From: Bacteroidales bacterium UBA6377
GTDB lineage: Bacteria; Bacteroidota; Bacteroidia; Bacteroidales; UBA932
DNA: 64,000 nucleotides
Direction: 5' to 3'
NCBI GenBank assembly: GCA_002438805.1
Contig: DJQV01000019.1
Location: 941 to 64,940, forward strand
The notes beneath the pieces were generated by a model. The model had not been told where the DNA came from, searched no databases, and worked only from the letters and a program-made list of their open reading frames with translations. This document shows, piece by piece, positions 49,129 through 59,519 of the stretch (positions within the stretch are counted from its first letter, which is position 1; the number at the start of each line of letters is the position of its first letter). Made by a program: the position numbers and the translations under genes.

Positions 49129-50625
49129 TTATTGTCCTTTCTCCTTACTTAGTTCCTTGATCAATGCCGGCATCATTGCTATCATAACTATCAAGAACGG
49201 TAATGTTGCGGCAATAGAAATAGTCTGTAACGGCTTCAAACTACCTGCGGATAATAGAATGTATGCAATAGCAGCTACAACTACCCCCCAAACAACTTTT
49301 TTATATATTGGTGGATTAATATTTCCGTTTGTGGTCATAACACTTAAAGAATATGTAGCGGAATCTGCGGAAGTAATAAAGAACACACCGAGTAGAACGC
49401 AAATCATGATAGAAACAACTTTGGCCATAGGATAATGATTAAATACAATAAAAACAGCCGTTTCAGGTGAGGCAATCAGTTGTTGTACATGCTCCAAACT
49501 CCAGCCTTGAACAGTAGTCAAAGCAATAGCACTGAATACTGACAACCATATAATGGTAAACAATGTAGGGAAAAGAACTACTCCCATTATAAATTCACGG
49601 ATAGTACGTCCTTTGGAGATTCTAGCTACAAACATGCCCACAAATGGCGTCCAAGCCACAAACCAAGCATAATAGAATACGCGCCAATTCATAACCCAAT
49701 CGTTATCACCAAAAGCATTTGTCATAAACAGATCTTTGAATAAATACTGAATGTGCTGTCCAACACTATTAGTGAGATTATTCAATATTGTGACTTTAGG
49801 TCCAACTATGAAGGCCATTACCAGTAGGGCTAAAGCAAGCCAAGTATTGAAGCTGGAAAGTATCTTAATACCTTTATACACACCAGAAATGGCGCTGATG
49901 ATAAATATCAGAGTAATGAAAATGATGATCCATAATATGGTATCCTGGGTCTTTGGAATACCAAACAGATGTTCTAAACCGCCACAAATTTGGCTAACCC
50001 CTAGACCAAGGGATGTGGCAACGCCGGCAAAAGAAACAACTACGGAGAACCCATCAATAAATCGTCCAAACCAACCGTTAGTTCTCTCCTCTCCCACAAG
50101 CGGTGTAAGCAGATTACTAAGCTGTGCATTCTTTCCCTTTCTGAACTGAAAATATGCAATGCCCAAACCTACCACCGCGAAACAGGCCCACTGAGTGATG
50201 CCCCAATGCAAATAGCAAGTGCGAACAGAAAAGTCTATTGCTTCCATTGTGCCTGCTTCAATGCCAGCTGGAGGCTCCGCATAGTGGGAAAGCGGCTCTG
50301 CAATGCTCCAGAAAACAAGTCCAATGCCTGTGCTTCCGCAGAAAAGCATGGCAAACCAGTTAAACGTACTGAACTCAGGCTTTTCATCATCTTTTCCAAG
50401 CTTCAAGTTACCCCACTTGCCAAATGCCATCCATACACAGAAGGCAATGAAAGCTACAATGGACAGGATATAAAGCCAACCGAAGTATTGGCTTACAAAA
50501 CTCATGAACTGCCGACTAATCTCACTAAGCCTGCTACTATAGACTACACCAAATACAATCACGCATAGTGCAATTACAAGCGTCCATACGAAGACGCGGT
50601 TCTCTTTGTACCAGTTTCGTTTCAT
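49129..50625 (-). CDS. BCCT family (betaine/carnitine/choline) transporter
   Basis: PEFSTFNWFAMLF, GIGLVFW..AEP, HWG, WTPFVGMFVARISKGRTIREF, FFITSADS. Confidence 0.93.
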   Translation of the reverse strand: MKRNWYKENRVFVWTLVIALCVIVFGVVYSSRLSEISRQFMSFVSQYFGWLYILSIVAFIAFCVWMAFGKWGNLKLGKDDEKPEFSTFNWFAMLFCGSTGIGLVFWSIAEPLSHYAEPPAGIEAGTMEAIDFSVRTCYLHWGITQWACFAVVGLGIAYFQFRKGKNAQLSNLLTPLVGEERTNGWFGRFIDGFSVVVSFAGVATSLGLGVSQICGGLEHLFGIPKTQDTILWIIIFITLIFIISAISGVYKGIKILSSFNTWLALALLVMAFIVGPKVTILNNLTNSVGQHIQYLFKDLFMTNAFGDNDWVMNWRVFYYAWFVAWTPFVGMFVARISKGRTIREFIMGVVLFPTLFTIIWLSVFSAIALTTVQGWSLEHVQQLIASPETAVFIVFNHYPMAKVVSIMICVLLGVFFITSADSATYSLSVMTTNGNINPPIYKKVVWGVVVAAIAYILLSAGSLKPLQTISIAATLPFLIVMIAMMPALIKELSKEKGQ

Positions 50626-50773
50626 TCCTACAATACTATTTTTGTACGCGTCCACTTTTCCACATACGACCATTTTACCTCAAAACTCAGAGGATTGGGC
50701 ATTTAAACAAACATCGACTTTTTGGGTTTCTGTTACCATTAAAATCGCTTTCTCTGAGTCCAAAATTTGACTG

Positions 50774-51928
50774 CTAACAATTTACTATATCCGCAACGAT
50801 TTTTTTGATATTAACTGAATTATACAATTCAACTGCACCCTTGGACAACTCTTCATAATGTTTAAAGACCTCATTAATCGTCTCTTTCACCTGATCCACT
50901 GTCATCGGATATTTTATACAGCGTCCACAATTGTATATTCTGAATGGATAATATAATCCAGGAATATCATTTGAAATCATTGGTTTTCCATATCTAGCGT
51001 ACTCAAAAATTTTATTTGGGGCACAATATATTGGGTTGACAGTATGTGACAACGTCTCAGAAGAGGGGAAATAAGAAAGAACACATATGGAAGCCTGTTC
51101 TGTAACAAGTAAATGATACGGCGGACGGATAAATGGAACAAATAATATCCTATCACATTCATATTCTCGTTTTAGTCTTTCATATTCTTCTCCACCCTTA
51201 CCCATCGCTATCAACACACAATCTTCCGGAAGTTCCTTGACCGCTTGGCAGAACTCTTGTAATCTCCTTTCCCTAGATTGGAAAATTCCCTGATATAATA
51301 TCACTTTCTTGCCACTGACTTTTAGTTTTATTTCGTTTACCACTGCGGCAACATCATCAGGGATCGCATATAGCATAGTTTCGTCAATATAGGGTTTATT
51401 AGGTAGAACATATGGCAGATTAACCAAATCATATAAGCCCTTGCATAGTTGAGCGCGATTGTATTCACAATGTACAATTTTTTCAGCTTTATGCAACACC
51501 TTAACATAATTATAAGTTGGGTTCATGAGCCAATATTTCCAATTAAATACTGCATTTTGAAACTCATAGAACTGAATAATAGTACGGTATTTTCCTACAA
51601 TATCATTTAATAGGCATACAGTCTCTGCATTAAGAATCCATACAAAATCATTCTCAGTTATATTAGCATAGTTTAAATATTTTTTTACTTTCCGTCTAAA
51701 ACATTTTTGCAATAGAAACTTTTTAAATAAAGAATCTGTGCTTTTGTAATCAATTAACTCAACAAACTTCGCACCTTTTCTCTCAAGGTTCTGGCGTTGC
51801 TTTTGATCAGAATAGTGACCAAGATGAACGACTTGGATATCCAAGTCACATAATGCACGTATCAAAGATAACGTAGGTGGGAAGAAAACTATGTCCTCCT
51901 TAATAATTGTAAATACCCTTTTTATCAT
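50774..51928 (-). CDS. Glycosyltransferase (GT-B, GT4-like)
   Basis: ILYQG, PNKIFEY…GKPMI. Confidence 0.85.
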   Translation of the reverse strand: MIKRVFTIIKEDIVFFPPTLSLIRALCDLDIQVVHLGHYSDQKQRQNLERKGAKFVELIDYKSTDSLFKKFLLQKCFRRKVKKYLNYANITENDFVWILNAETVCLLNDIVGKYRTIIQFYEFQNAVFNWKYWLMNPTYNYVKVLHKAEKIVHCEYNRAQLCKGLYDLVNLPYVLPNKPYIDETMLYAIPDDVAAVVNEIKLKVSGKKVILYQGIFQSRERRLQEFCQAVKELPEDCVLIAMGKGGEEYERLKREYECDRILFVPFIRPPYHLLVTEQASICVLSYFPSSETLSHTVNPIYCAPNKIFEYARYGKPMISNDIPGLYYPFRIYNCGRCIKYPMTVDQVKETINEVFKHYEELSKGAVELYNSVNIKKIVADIVNC

Positions 51929-53153
51929 TTCTTTCTTTCAATATAATACTATATGGTAAGGCACCTATGGCGAAATACAACATCATTTGGGAATCGAACA
52001 GCATGTTTTCCATAAAACAAATAACAATAAAGACTGCTATTATTGATGTCGTATATGGATTTCGTTTAATGATACTATGTATGTAACTCAGAAACAACAA
52101 GCACCCAATGAATCCATATCCGATTAGCAGTTTTTGTATGTTATTTAAATACGTTTCATTATCAAACATATTGGCGACTGAACTGTGTGTCACAACATCT
52201 GAAATCGCCCCATTGCTAACACCGAAAATTTTTCCTAACAAAGGAAAATCCTGATACACTAAGAATCCTCGTATAACCCTTATCATACCTGACTCATTCT
52301 CGGAATTGCTACTGATGATTTCTTTAGCTCTGCTAAAAAAAGAATCATAGAAGAAAGCTCCTAAATCAGTAACTATCAATGCTAAACCCAAGACAAAAAA
52401 CGCAAAAAGGACAAATGATAACTTTCTACTATGGGACATGCGTGAACGACTCAACATCAGTAGCCAAAGTAAAGTCAAACACACAAAGCCCAAACCAGAT
52501 CTCAAATAAATCAAGAAGAAAGTGAGAAATATAATTTCAAAAGAGATCATTCTATTTGATAGTTCATTATCTTTCATTTTAATGGCAAAATAAGGTAATA
52601 CATACACTGCTAAATGCGCCGGCTCGAGGAAAAATGACGAGGAACGGTCTTTTATTAATTGACTCTTTAGAAATTCTTCCATTCCCATCTCATAATTCAG
52701 TTCAAAAAAAGGTATTAAGGCTGGAAACCTAAAACCGAATACATGCCAACAGAACTCCTGAGCAAAGAAAACACCTATCGCAAGGTATACAAAAAGTCTA
52801 TAATTTTTTTTTATATAAGTAATATTTGCAAAAGATATGTAACACAGCAAACAGGCAGAGAAGACCAGAAAACCCCTAACAGAGGCGCCTACATCTACCT
52901 TATAAAGCAATACTCCACAAAAAATAGGAATCGTCAATCCATAGACTAAAAAATATATATACTTACTATTGGGTTTGATAAAGAGTCGCGCCCTCATCAT
53001 ACTATATATGGAGAACAAGAATATATTAAAAAACATAAGCAGCAATGCAATACTCTTTCCATATAAAGTATAAGGCTGTAATATCGGCCCTATAACAATT
53101 GAAAGAGATGCATACCAACTAAAAAAAACGGGCAGACGAGTTTGCTTTTCCAT
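51900..53153 (-). CDS. wzy: Polysaccharide polymerase (Wzy-like)
   Basis: Many TM segments, RSSSFFLEPAH, SGMIRVIRG; AT-rich; located in a Wzx locus. Confidence 0.7.
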   Translation of the reverse strand: MEKQTRLPVFFSWYASLSIVIGPILQPYTLYGKSIALLLMFFNIFLFSIYSMMRARLFIKPNSKYIYFLVYGLTIPIFCGVLLYKVDVGASVRGFLVFSACLLCYISFANITYIKKNYRLFVYLAIGVFFAQEFCWHVFGFRFPALIPFFELNYEMGMEEFLKSQLIKDRSSSFFLEPAHLAVYVLPYFAIKMKDNELSNRMISFEIIFLTFFLIYLRSGLGFVCLTLLWLLMLSRSRMSHSRKLSFVLFAFFVLGLALIVTDLGAFFYDSFFSRAKEIISSNSENESGMIRVIRGFLVYQDFPLLGKIFGVSNGAISDVVTHSSVANMFDNETYLNNIQKLLIGYGFIGCLLFLSYIHSIIKRNPYTTSIIAVFIVICFMENMLFDSQMMLYFAIGALPYSIILKERNDKKGIYNY

Positions 53154-54391
53154 TAAAAATCCATAAGTTTTCTAATCAGCTTATATTTCAAATGATTATC
53201 TACCGATACTTTATTGATTCGATCACCAATATCCATTAACTTAAAGAAACAATCAATATCATAATTATTATATGCCTTTTTAATTGCTGCCTCAATTTTT
53301 CCCATCACAAACGGCTCTGAGTGTCTTTGTTTTACATATGAATAGCACATGTATGCGCATGTTTTATAATCATTTAAAATTCTACATATTAAATCATTGA
53401 ACCCGTGTCCTAAATTTTTGTCATAATATCCAGGGGACACAACATCATAATTCTTGATTTCGGAAACAAGCACATAATCTTTTCTCTTTCCCACTTTGTA
53501 TGTATGATCAAGAACACCTTCTACTATGACAGGTTTCCCCATCTTTGCAATATCCAACGCTGAAGTACCCATTGCAAGTCCTATGTCAACATTATCCACT
53601 ATAAACTCCTTTAACTCTTCTCCAAACAATTTTCCTATAAAGACAACTTTGGTAACCATTTTTTCACACTTTTTTCGTAATGTCTTTTCCTTATTCCCCA
53701 CTCCGACAATATATAATGTGATTTTATAACTACTTGACAGACTCTCAAGTTCGTTAAGAAAAGTTAATATTGTGTGATACTTATCGACATCCAAGCGCCC
53801 CAACCAAACAAAAGATAATTCTTTAAATCCAAAAGACTTATCTTTCATATCAGGAGCAACGATATCATCAACTACTATAGGAAGATAGCATATTTTCCTT
53901 AAAGAAAAATTAAATACAGACGAATTCCAATAATAATTATTGTAATCCATATATCGTATAATACCCTTTTCAGACAATTCTTTTAGTCCTTCTCCAATTC
54001 GCGTTCTTTTCCTCTCGCTAGCAGTAAATAACTGTTGTCTATGCAAATCCATATAACTAACCAAGTTATATGGATTTATCGACCAAATTAAATACTTCAA
54101 ACGTTCTGGTCTAACCAAATAATTATTTATAATAGGTATATAACTTAATGGTATTATAACAATCGTATTTTCTTTTATATCAACGGCACAATTGTCCGTA
54201 TACGATATATGATTGATACTCTCATTTTCGGAAACATACCTATACGCAAAACCATCATCATAATCAACATAACTTACGTTATATCTTCCTAATCCAGCCA
54301 GATATCTTGCACATTTAAAAAATAACAGTTCTGCTCCGCCAGCCACCCTACTTGGATAGCAAAAAGCGACATCTAAAACACATCTTCCCAC
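53153..54391 (-). CDS. Putative glycosyltransferase
   Basis: FCYPSRVAGGAE, WLGRLD, MGTSALD..K.GKPVI. Confidence 0.75.
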   Translation of the reverse strand: MGRCVLDVAFCYPSRVAGGAELLFFKCARYLAGLGRYNVSYVDYDDGFAYRYVSENESINHISYTDNCAVDIKENTIVIIPLSYIPIINNYLVRPERLKYLIWSINPYNLVSYMDLHRQQLFTASERKRTRIGEGLKELSEKGIIRYMDYNNYYWNSSVFNFSLRKICYLPIVVDDIVAPDMKDKSFGFKELSFVWLGRLDVDKYHTILTFLNELESLSSSYKITLYIVGVGNKEKTLRKKCEKMVTKVVFIGKLFGEELKEFIVDNVDIGLAMGTSALDIAKMGKPVIVEGVLDHTYKVGKRKDYVLVSEIKNYDVVSPGYYDKNLGHGFNDLICRILNDYKTCAYMCYSYVKQRHSEPFVMGKIEAAIKKAYNNYDIDCFFKLMDIGDRINKVSVDNHLKYKLIRKLMDF

Positions 54392-54445
54392 AACTACACT
54401 ACATCCAATTTGGGACTTTACTATAAACTTAGCATATATGGCGTC

Positions 54446-54530
54446 CGGGGGGGGGGTCGCTTTCAGTATTATTTTTTGATTTTCTTGTTTCTCTACGCCG
54501 GCGACTATTAAACAGCGTCCCCCCCCCCCG
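54446..54530. repeat. Imperfect inverted repeat built on G10 and C11 homopolymers
   Basis: c-G10-tcgct (54446-54461) and agcgt-C11-g (54514-54530). Confidence 0.8.
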
Positions 54531-54543
54531 CAAGTGCTTCTTA

Positions 54544-55716
54544 TTAAACTTCGTATCTATCCACATCCTCCCCCTTTAGTGCCCTCACGATACGACTACA
54601 GGCCTTACCGTCACCATAGGGATTAACGGCCCTGCTCATCTTGTCGTAAAACTCTGGATCATCAAGTAAAGCACTCACTTCATTCACAATCAAGTCGTGA
54701 TTTGCCCCCACAAGGTGCACCGTACCACTTTTCAAAGCTTCCGGACGTTCGGTGGTATCACGCATAACCAGCACTGGCTTACCTAAACCAGGTGCTTCTT
54801 CTTGAATGCCGCCAGAGTCTGTAAGTACAATGGTGCTCTTCTCCATCAGATATACAAACTCCAGATATTGCAGTGGCTCTATGAAGAAGAAATTGGGGCG
54901 AGTCAAATTATTACCAAACACTTCATGAATAGGCTTTCTCACATTGGGATTCAGATGCATAGGATACACAAAATCCACATCGGGATACTTCTCAGAAAGA
55001 TCCTTCATGGCCGTCACCATATTGATAAAACCATCGCCGAAATTCTCCCTCCTATGGCCAGTGATAAGTACTAACTTTTTTCCACCTTCCAAACGTGAAA
55101 CATCGTAGCCTGCATTCTTCATCACAATAATCTGCTCGTTTGCCAAAGCTTTGTCGCTCTTAAGTTTGTCGACAACAATGTGCAGGGCATCAATAACTGT
55201 ATTTCCGGTCACAAAGATTTGTCCATGCGCCTTCTCTTCCTGAAGATTCTTCTCACTAAGCGGAGTTGGAGCAAAGTTGTAGGTAGCAATGCGACTAGTA
55301 ATCTGACGATTAATCTCCTCTGGCCAAGGGCTATATATGTTATTAGTACGTAGGCCAGCCTCAACATGCCCAACAGGAATATGCTGATAAAAAGCCGCCA
55401 AAGCAGCAGCCATGCTTGTAGTGGTATCTCCATGCACCAACACCACATCCGGCATGCACTTCCTAAACACGTCTCGAAGCCCTATCAAGACACGGGCAGT
55501 AATATCATACAAATCCTGCCCTTGTTTCATGATATTCAGATCATAGTCTGGCTCTATGTCAAATATAGCAAGCACCTGATCCAACATCTCACGATGTTGT
55601 CCAGTCACACAAACTATCGTCTCAAAATCTTCCGGGGACTTTTGTAATTCCTTAACTAGTGGACAAACTTTAATTGCCTCAGGCCGCGTCCCAAAAACCA
55701 GCATTACCTTCTTCAT
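54544..55716 (-). CDS. wecB: UDP-N-acetylglucosamine 2-epimerase (non-hydrolysing)
   Basis: VFGTRPEAIK, TGQHREML, HVEAGLRT, TDSGGIQEEAP, NPYGDG. Confidence 0.96.
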   Translation of the reverse strand: MKKVMLVFGTRPEAIKVCPLVKELQKSPEDFETIVCVTGQHREMLDQVLAIFDIEPDYDLNIMKQGQDLYDITARVLIGLRDVFRKCMPDVVLVHGDTTTSMAAALAAFYQHIPVGHVEAGLRTNNIYSPWPEEINRQITSRIATYNFAPTPLSEKNLQEEKAHGQIFVTGNTVIDALHIVVDKLKSDKALANEQIIVMKNAGYDVSRLEGGKKLVLITGHRRENFGDGFINMVTAMKDLSEKYPDVDFVYPMHLNPNVRKPIHEVFGNNLTRPNFFFIEPLQYLEFVYLMEKSTIVLTDSGGIQEEAPGLGKPVLVMRDTTERPEALKSGTVHLVGANHDLIVNEVSALLDDPEFYDKMSRAVNPYGDGKACSRIVRALKGEDVDRYEV

Positions 55717-55760
55717 CTTCTGTTGTTTCTTTAAATTTACTTTCCCATTTTTCTCCCTAC

Positions 55761-56903
55761 CTAACAATTAGTAGACGTTTTATAATAGAAGTCATTCAAA
55801 TTATCCACAACCAAACTTGCATCCTCTATCCCAATCACCGGTCCCATCGGCAGACTCAGTTCCTCATTCGCAATCCGTTCCGTAACAGGAAGACTCAGTT
55901 GCGGAGTATTCCACGACTCCTTCGCGTAGCATTCCTGATGGTGAGACGGGATCGGGTAATGAATCACCGTACCGATACCTTTCTCCGCAAGATAGTCATG
56001 GAGCGCATCACGTTTACCGCCGCCGACGAGGATCGGAAACAGATGATAGGCATTCTGCTCATCTGGAAGCCTGTCCGGAAGTGTTATGAGCGGATTCTTG
56101 ATGTTCTCATAATAGTAACGGGCAACCTCTTTCCTGTGACGGTTGTCCTCGTCAAGATACTTGAGCTTGACATCAAGGACAGCTGCCTGAATCTCGTCCA
56201 AGCGGCTGTTGCGGCCTGCATACTTGAACACGTACTTCTTCTGGCTGCCATAATTGGCAAGAGCACGGACTGCGGCAGCAAGGTCGGGATCATTGGTCGT
56301 GACAGCACCGGCATCCCCAAGCGCACCGAGGTTCTTTCCAGGGTAGAACGAATGCCCGGCAGCATCGCCGAGAGAACCCGTCAGACGCCCTTCAGCAGTG
56401 CGACATCCATGAGCCTGGGCATTGTCCTCTATCAACTTCAGGTTGTACTTCTTGCAGATGTCAGCAATCTTCTGTGTCCATGCAAGCCTACCATACAGAT
56501 GAACTATGGCAATCGCCTTTGTCTTTGGGGTTATCGCAGCCTCGATCAAGTCATCATCAATCTCAAGAGTGTTCAACTTCGGCTCGACAAGGACAGGCTT
56601 CAGCCCGTTCTCCGTGATTGCTAGAATGGTGGCAATATAGGTGTTGGCAGGGACAATCACCTCGTCCCCGGGCTGCATCACCCCAAGTTCAATGTACGCC
56701 CTGAAAATCCATATCAGAGCGTCAAGACCGTTGGCGCAGCCGACCGTGTACTTGGTTCCGATATACTTCGAGTAGTCCTCCTCAAACTTTCCGTTCTCCT
56801 TGCCCTGGAGGTACCAGCCGCTGTTCACCACACGGCTCACCGCCTCATTGATCTCCGCGCCGTGAAGCGCGGTCACGTCCTTTAATGAAAGAAATGGTAT
56901 CAT
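55761..56903 (-). CDS. DegT family dTDP-3-amino-3,6-dideoxyhexose aminotransferase (FdtB/QdtB-like)
   Basis: [40 protein letters not shown]. Confidence 0.9.
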   Translation of the reverse strand: MIPFLSLKDVTALHGAEINEAVSRVVNSGWYLQGKENGKFEEDYSKYIGTKYTVGCANGLDALIWIFRAYIELGVMQPGDEVIVPANTYIATILAITENGLKPVLVEPKLNTLEIDDDLIEAAITPKTKAIAIVHLYGRLAWTQKIADICKKYNLKLIEDNAQAHGCRTAEGRLTGSLGDAAGHSFYPGKNLGALGDAGAVTTNDPDLAAAVRALANYGSQKKYVFKYAGRNSRLDEIQAAVLDVKLKYLDEDNRHRKEVARYYYENIKNPLITLPDRLPDEQNAYHLFPILVGGGKRDALHDYLAEKGIGTVIHYPIPSHHQECYAKESWNTPQLSLPVTERIANEELSLPMGPVIGIEDASLVVDNLNDFYYKTSTNC

Positions 56904-57361
56904 AAATCACTGATTTTTTTAATGAATCTTGCCGGATTACCTACCCATACCTCGTATGCAGGAACATCCTTTACGACAACACTGCCCGCCCCCACCATTG
57001 AGTGTTCACCTATGGTAAGGCCCGGTAATATGGTTGCACCTGCACCAATACTCGCTCCATTACATACTTTCGTTTTCAGGCATGTCCATTCCGAACAATG
57101 CGAATGAGGATATTTGTCATTGGTGAAAGTCACATTAGCCCCAATAAAAACATCATCTTCCAACTCTATATTGTCCCAGATTTGAACGCCACACTTTATC
57201 GTGCATCTGTTCCCAATAACGGCTTCATTTTCGATAAGGCAATGGGAACATATATTGCAGTCCTCTCCAATCCTCGCCTTCGGCAGTATCACACAGAACT
57301 GCCATATCCTTGTACTTTCCGGAATCGCAACAGATTGACAATCAGCTAACGGATGAATCAT
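56900..57361 (-). CDS. Hexapeptide N-acetyltransferase (QdtC/WxcM-like)
   Basis: IHPLAD, IWQFCVI, FTNDKYP, GNPARF. Confidence 0.88.
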   Translation of the reverse strand: MIHPLADCQSVAIPESTRIWQFCVILPKARIGEDCNICSHCLIENEAVIGNRCTIKCGVQIWDNIELEDDVFIGANVTFTNDKYPHSHCSEWTCLKTKVCNGASIGAGATILPGLTIGEHSMVGAGSVVVKDVPAYEVWVGNPARFIKKISDL

Positions 57362-57783
57362 TTGTTTTTCTCTCTGAATGTTAAAAATTCATTATAATCT
57401 CTTATATAGTCCTCTTTCTTGTATACATCCGAAGCCAATACCATACACACCGCTCCCGATGAAAAATCCTCGAGATCTCTCCACAGGCCCGGCCTGACAT
57501 ACAAGCCCTGATAGGGGCGGTTCAGAAAGAAGCTTCTCTTTATCTTCCCGTCATCCAACGTCACACGGAAAGAACCGGAGGCCGCTATAATAAGCTGGCT
57601 CAATTCCCTGTGGGCATGGGAGCCGCGAGACTCCCCTCCCGGGACATCATACAGATAGTAAACCCGTTTGACATCAAACGGCAGCGTGTCTTCATTCTGT
57701 ACGACCGACAGGTTTCCCTTCCGGTCGCTATGGTGTCTGTCCAGCTCTATCATAGAGCAGTCGAAAACGCTATATTTCCACAT
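57358..57783 (-). CDS. FdtA/QdtA family sugar 3,4-ketoisomerase (cupin)
   Basis: [30 protein letters not shown]…DYIRDY. Confidence 0.9.
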   Translation of the reverse strand: MWKYSVFDCSMIELDRHHSDRKGNLSVVQNEDTLPFDVKRVYYLYDVPGGESRGSHAHRELSQLIIAASGSFRVTLDDGKIKRSFFLNRPYQGLYVRPGLWRDLEDFSSGAVCMVLASDVYKKEDYIRDYNEFLTFREKNK

Positions 57784-58180
57784 TCTTCCTCAATTTCAAA
57801 TACTGTTCATAGTCAAGGATATAATCTTCCCTGTCATATTTCGTGGAGGCGAATTCAAGAGCCAGAGAATTGGTTGAGAAGTTGTTCATCTCACGCCACA
57901 GGCCTCTCGGCACATACAGGCCGAAATATGACCTGTTAAGCGTAAACACCTTCCTGCTGAAACCGTCATCCACAACGACATCAAAGCTTCCCGACAGAGC
58001 TATTATGAACTCTTCCGTTGACTTGTAGGCATGTCCCCCACGGCATTCCCCTCCCGGGACGTCATAGATCCAATATGTCCGCCTTATCTCAAACGGAATC
58101 TGATTGTTCTCCTCAGCAAAAGAAAGGTTGCCGCGAGCATCAAGAAACTTCGGCAACTCTATTAATTTTGGCTTGTCCAT
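57770..58180 (-). CDS. FdtA/QdtA family cupin, second copy
   Basis: [28 protein letters not shown]. Confidence 0.88.
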   Translation of the reverse strand: MDKPKLIELPKFLDARGNLSFAEENNQIPFEIRRTYWIYDVPGGECRGGHAYKSTEEFIIALSGSFDVVVDDGFSRKVFTLNRSYFGLYVPRGLWREMNNFSTNSLALEFASTKYDREDYILDYEQYLKLRKNVEI

Positions 58181-58189
58181 TATACTGAA

Positions 58190-59491
58190 TTAAACTGGTT
58201 TCCGGCAGAACACTATATCCCTGAAAGCTATCACCATCGCGATGAAATAAATGATATAGTTTATCATATATCCGATGTTCAATCCAACCACACCAATCCT
58301 CCGGACCAGCACATAGCTGATTCCCAACATCAGGAAGCCGAAGCCCACCTCCGTCCCGATGAACAGTTTCGTGCGCGCCTTAGCAAGCATCAGGAATGCC
58401 AGAAGCCAAGACATCATCTTGAAGAAATCCCCTATCAGCTGCCACAGGAACAGACCTTCCATCGGGTAGAACTCAGGAGTGAACAACAGCCAGACAATCA
58501 CATGCTTCAATGCGTAAATCGCCACGGAACACACAAGAAGCAGAGGAACGATCAACTTATAACATTTCAGGATCTCACACTTCAGTGCCCATTTCTCATG
58601 CAGTTCACTCAACCGGGGCAGGACGTACACGGTAAGGGATGTGGTTATTACAGAAAGATATATGTTGCTTATCCGGTTAACCCCCTCCCACCAGCCGGCC
58701 TCTGTGGCTGATATCTCGCTAATCACATAGCCCCTCAGAATCATCTGCGTCACAGGAACTATGCTCAAACTTGTCAGCCCCATCAAGGTGTATTGCAGGT
58801 ACTGCCTTATTATCGTCCTGTCATACTTGGCGAAGAAATACTCCCGCCTGAACCACGGACATTTACGGCATTGGAATATCGTCACGAACAGCACCACGCT
58901 CTGGAAAGTGACAGCACTTATCATGGAGCCCTTCAGTCCCCACAACAGGCACAACGTGACACTGAAAACCAGCCCGACAATTGAGGACGAGATGTTTATC
59001 GCCACATATTTCTTGAACTCCTTGAAACCGTTGAGAATATTGATCAGCAGCGTATTCAGAGTGAACAAGAAGATGGTGCAGCCTAAGACGATGAAGACGT
59101 ATCCATATTCGTCCGACAGCATCACCTTGCGGCTCAGGAGATTGTGACCGAAGATGCATACAAGGGATATTATCGTCGTGAAGAACGCCGATATCTTCAG
59201 CGCATTGCTTATATAGCCCTTTACCTTCCCGTCATCCTCCTTGTTTTCGGCAAGATACTTGGTGACACCGTTGCCGACACCTCCTGCCGCAAGGCCCTGC
59301 AGCATCGAGTTAAGGTTATTCAGCTGCCCCAGTATCGCCACGCCGGACGGCCCGATAATGCCCGCCACCACTTTCGTGCTGACAAGCCCCGTGCACATCC
59401 TCACGAGAGTACTGACAGCGTTGAGGCTGAAGACCTTTACGATGCTCGCCTGAGAGACTCTTTTAAAAAAGGTCTTAATCTTTTCCAGCAC
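58190..59491 (-). CDS. wzx: O-antigen/polysaccharide flippase (WzxE-like)
   Basis: IIGPSG…GQ, GVTKY, YVLPRLS, QLIGDFFK. Probable GTG start at 59491. Confidence 0.9.
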   Translation of the reverse strand: MLEKIKTFFKRVSQASIVKVFSLNAVSTLVRMCTGLVSTKVVAGIIGPSGVAILGQLNNLNSMLQGLAAGGVGNGVTKYLAENKEDDGKVKGYISNALKISAFFTTIISLVCIFGHNLLSRKVMLSDEYGYVFIVLGCTIFLFTLNTLLINILNGFKEFKKYVAINISSSIVGLVFSVTLCLLWGLKGSMISAVTFQSVVLFVTIFQCRKCPWFRREYFFAKYDRTIIRQYLQYTLMGLTSLSIVPVTQMILRGYVISEISATEAGWWEGVNRISNIYLSVITTSLTVYVLPRLSELHEKWALKCEILKCYKLIVPLLLVCSVAIYALKHVIVWLLFTPEFYPMEGLFLWQLIGDFFKMMSWLLAFLMLAKARTKLFIGTEVGFGFLMLGISYVLVRRIGVVGLNIGYMINYIIYFIAMVIAFRDIVFCRKPV

Positions 59492-59519
59492 AAAAGAATG
59501 TATTTCGAATTCAGTTAAA

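Noticed and set aside
52803..52812. A/T homopolymers in wzy and other AT-rich genes as phase switches
   Set aside because: Reading frames are intact and such runs are expected at this AT content.
55674..56624. 316-aa plus-strand ORF
   Set aside because: Antisense shadow of the DegT aminotransferase, with no recognisable motifs.
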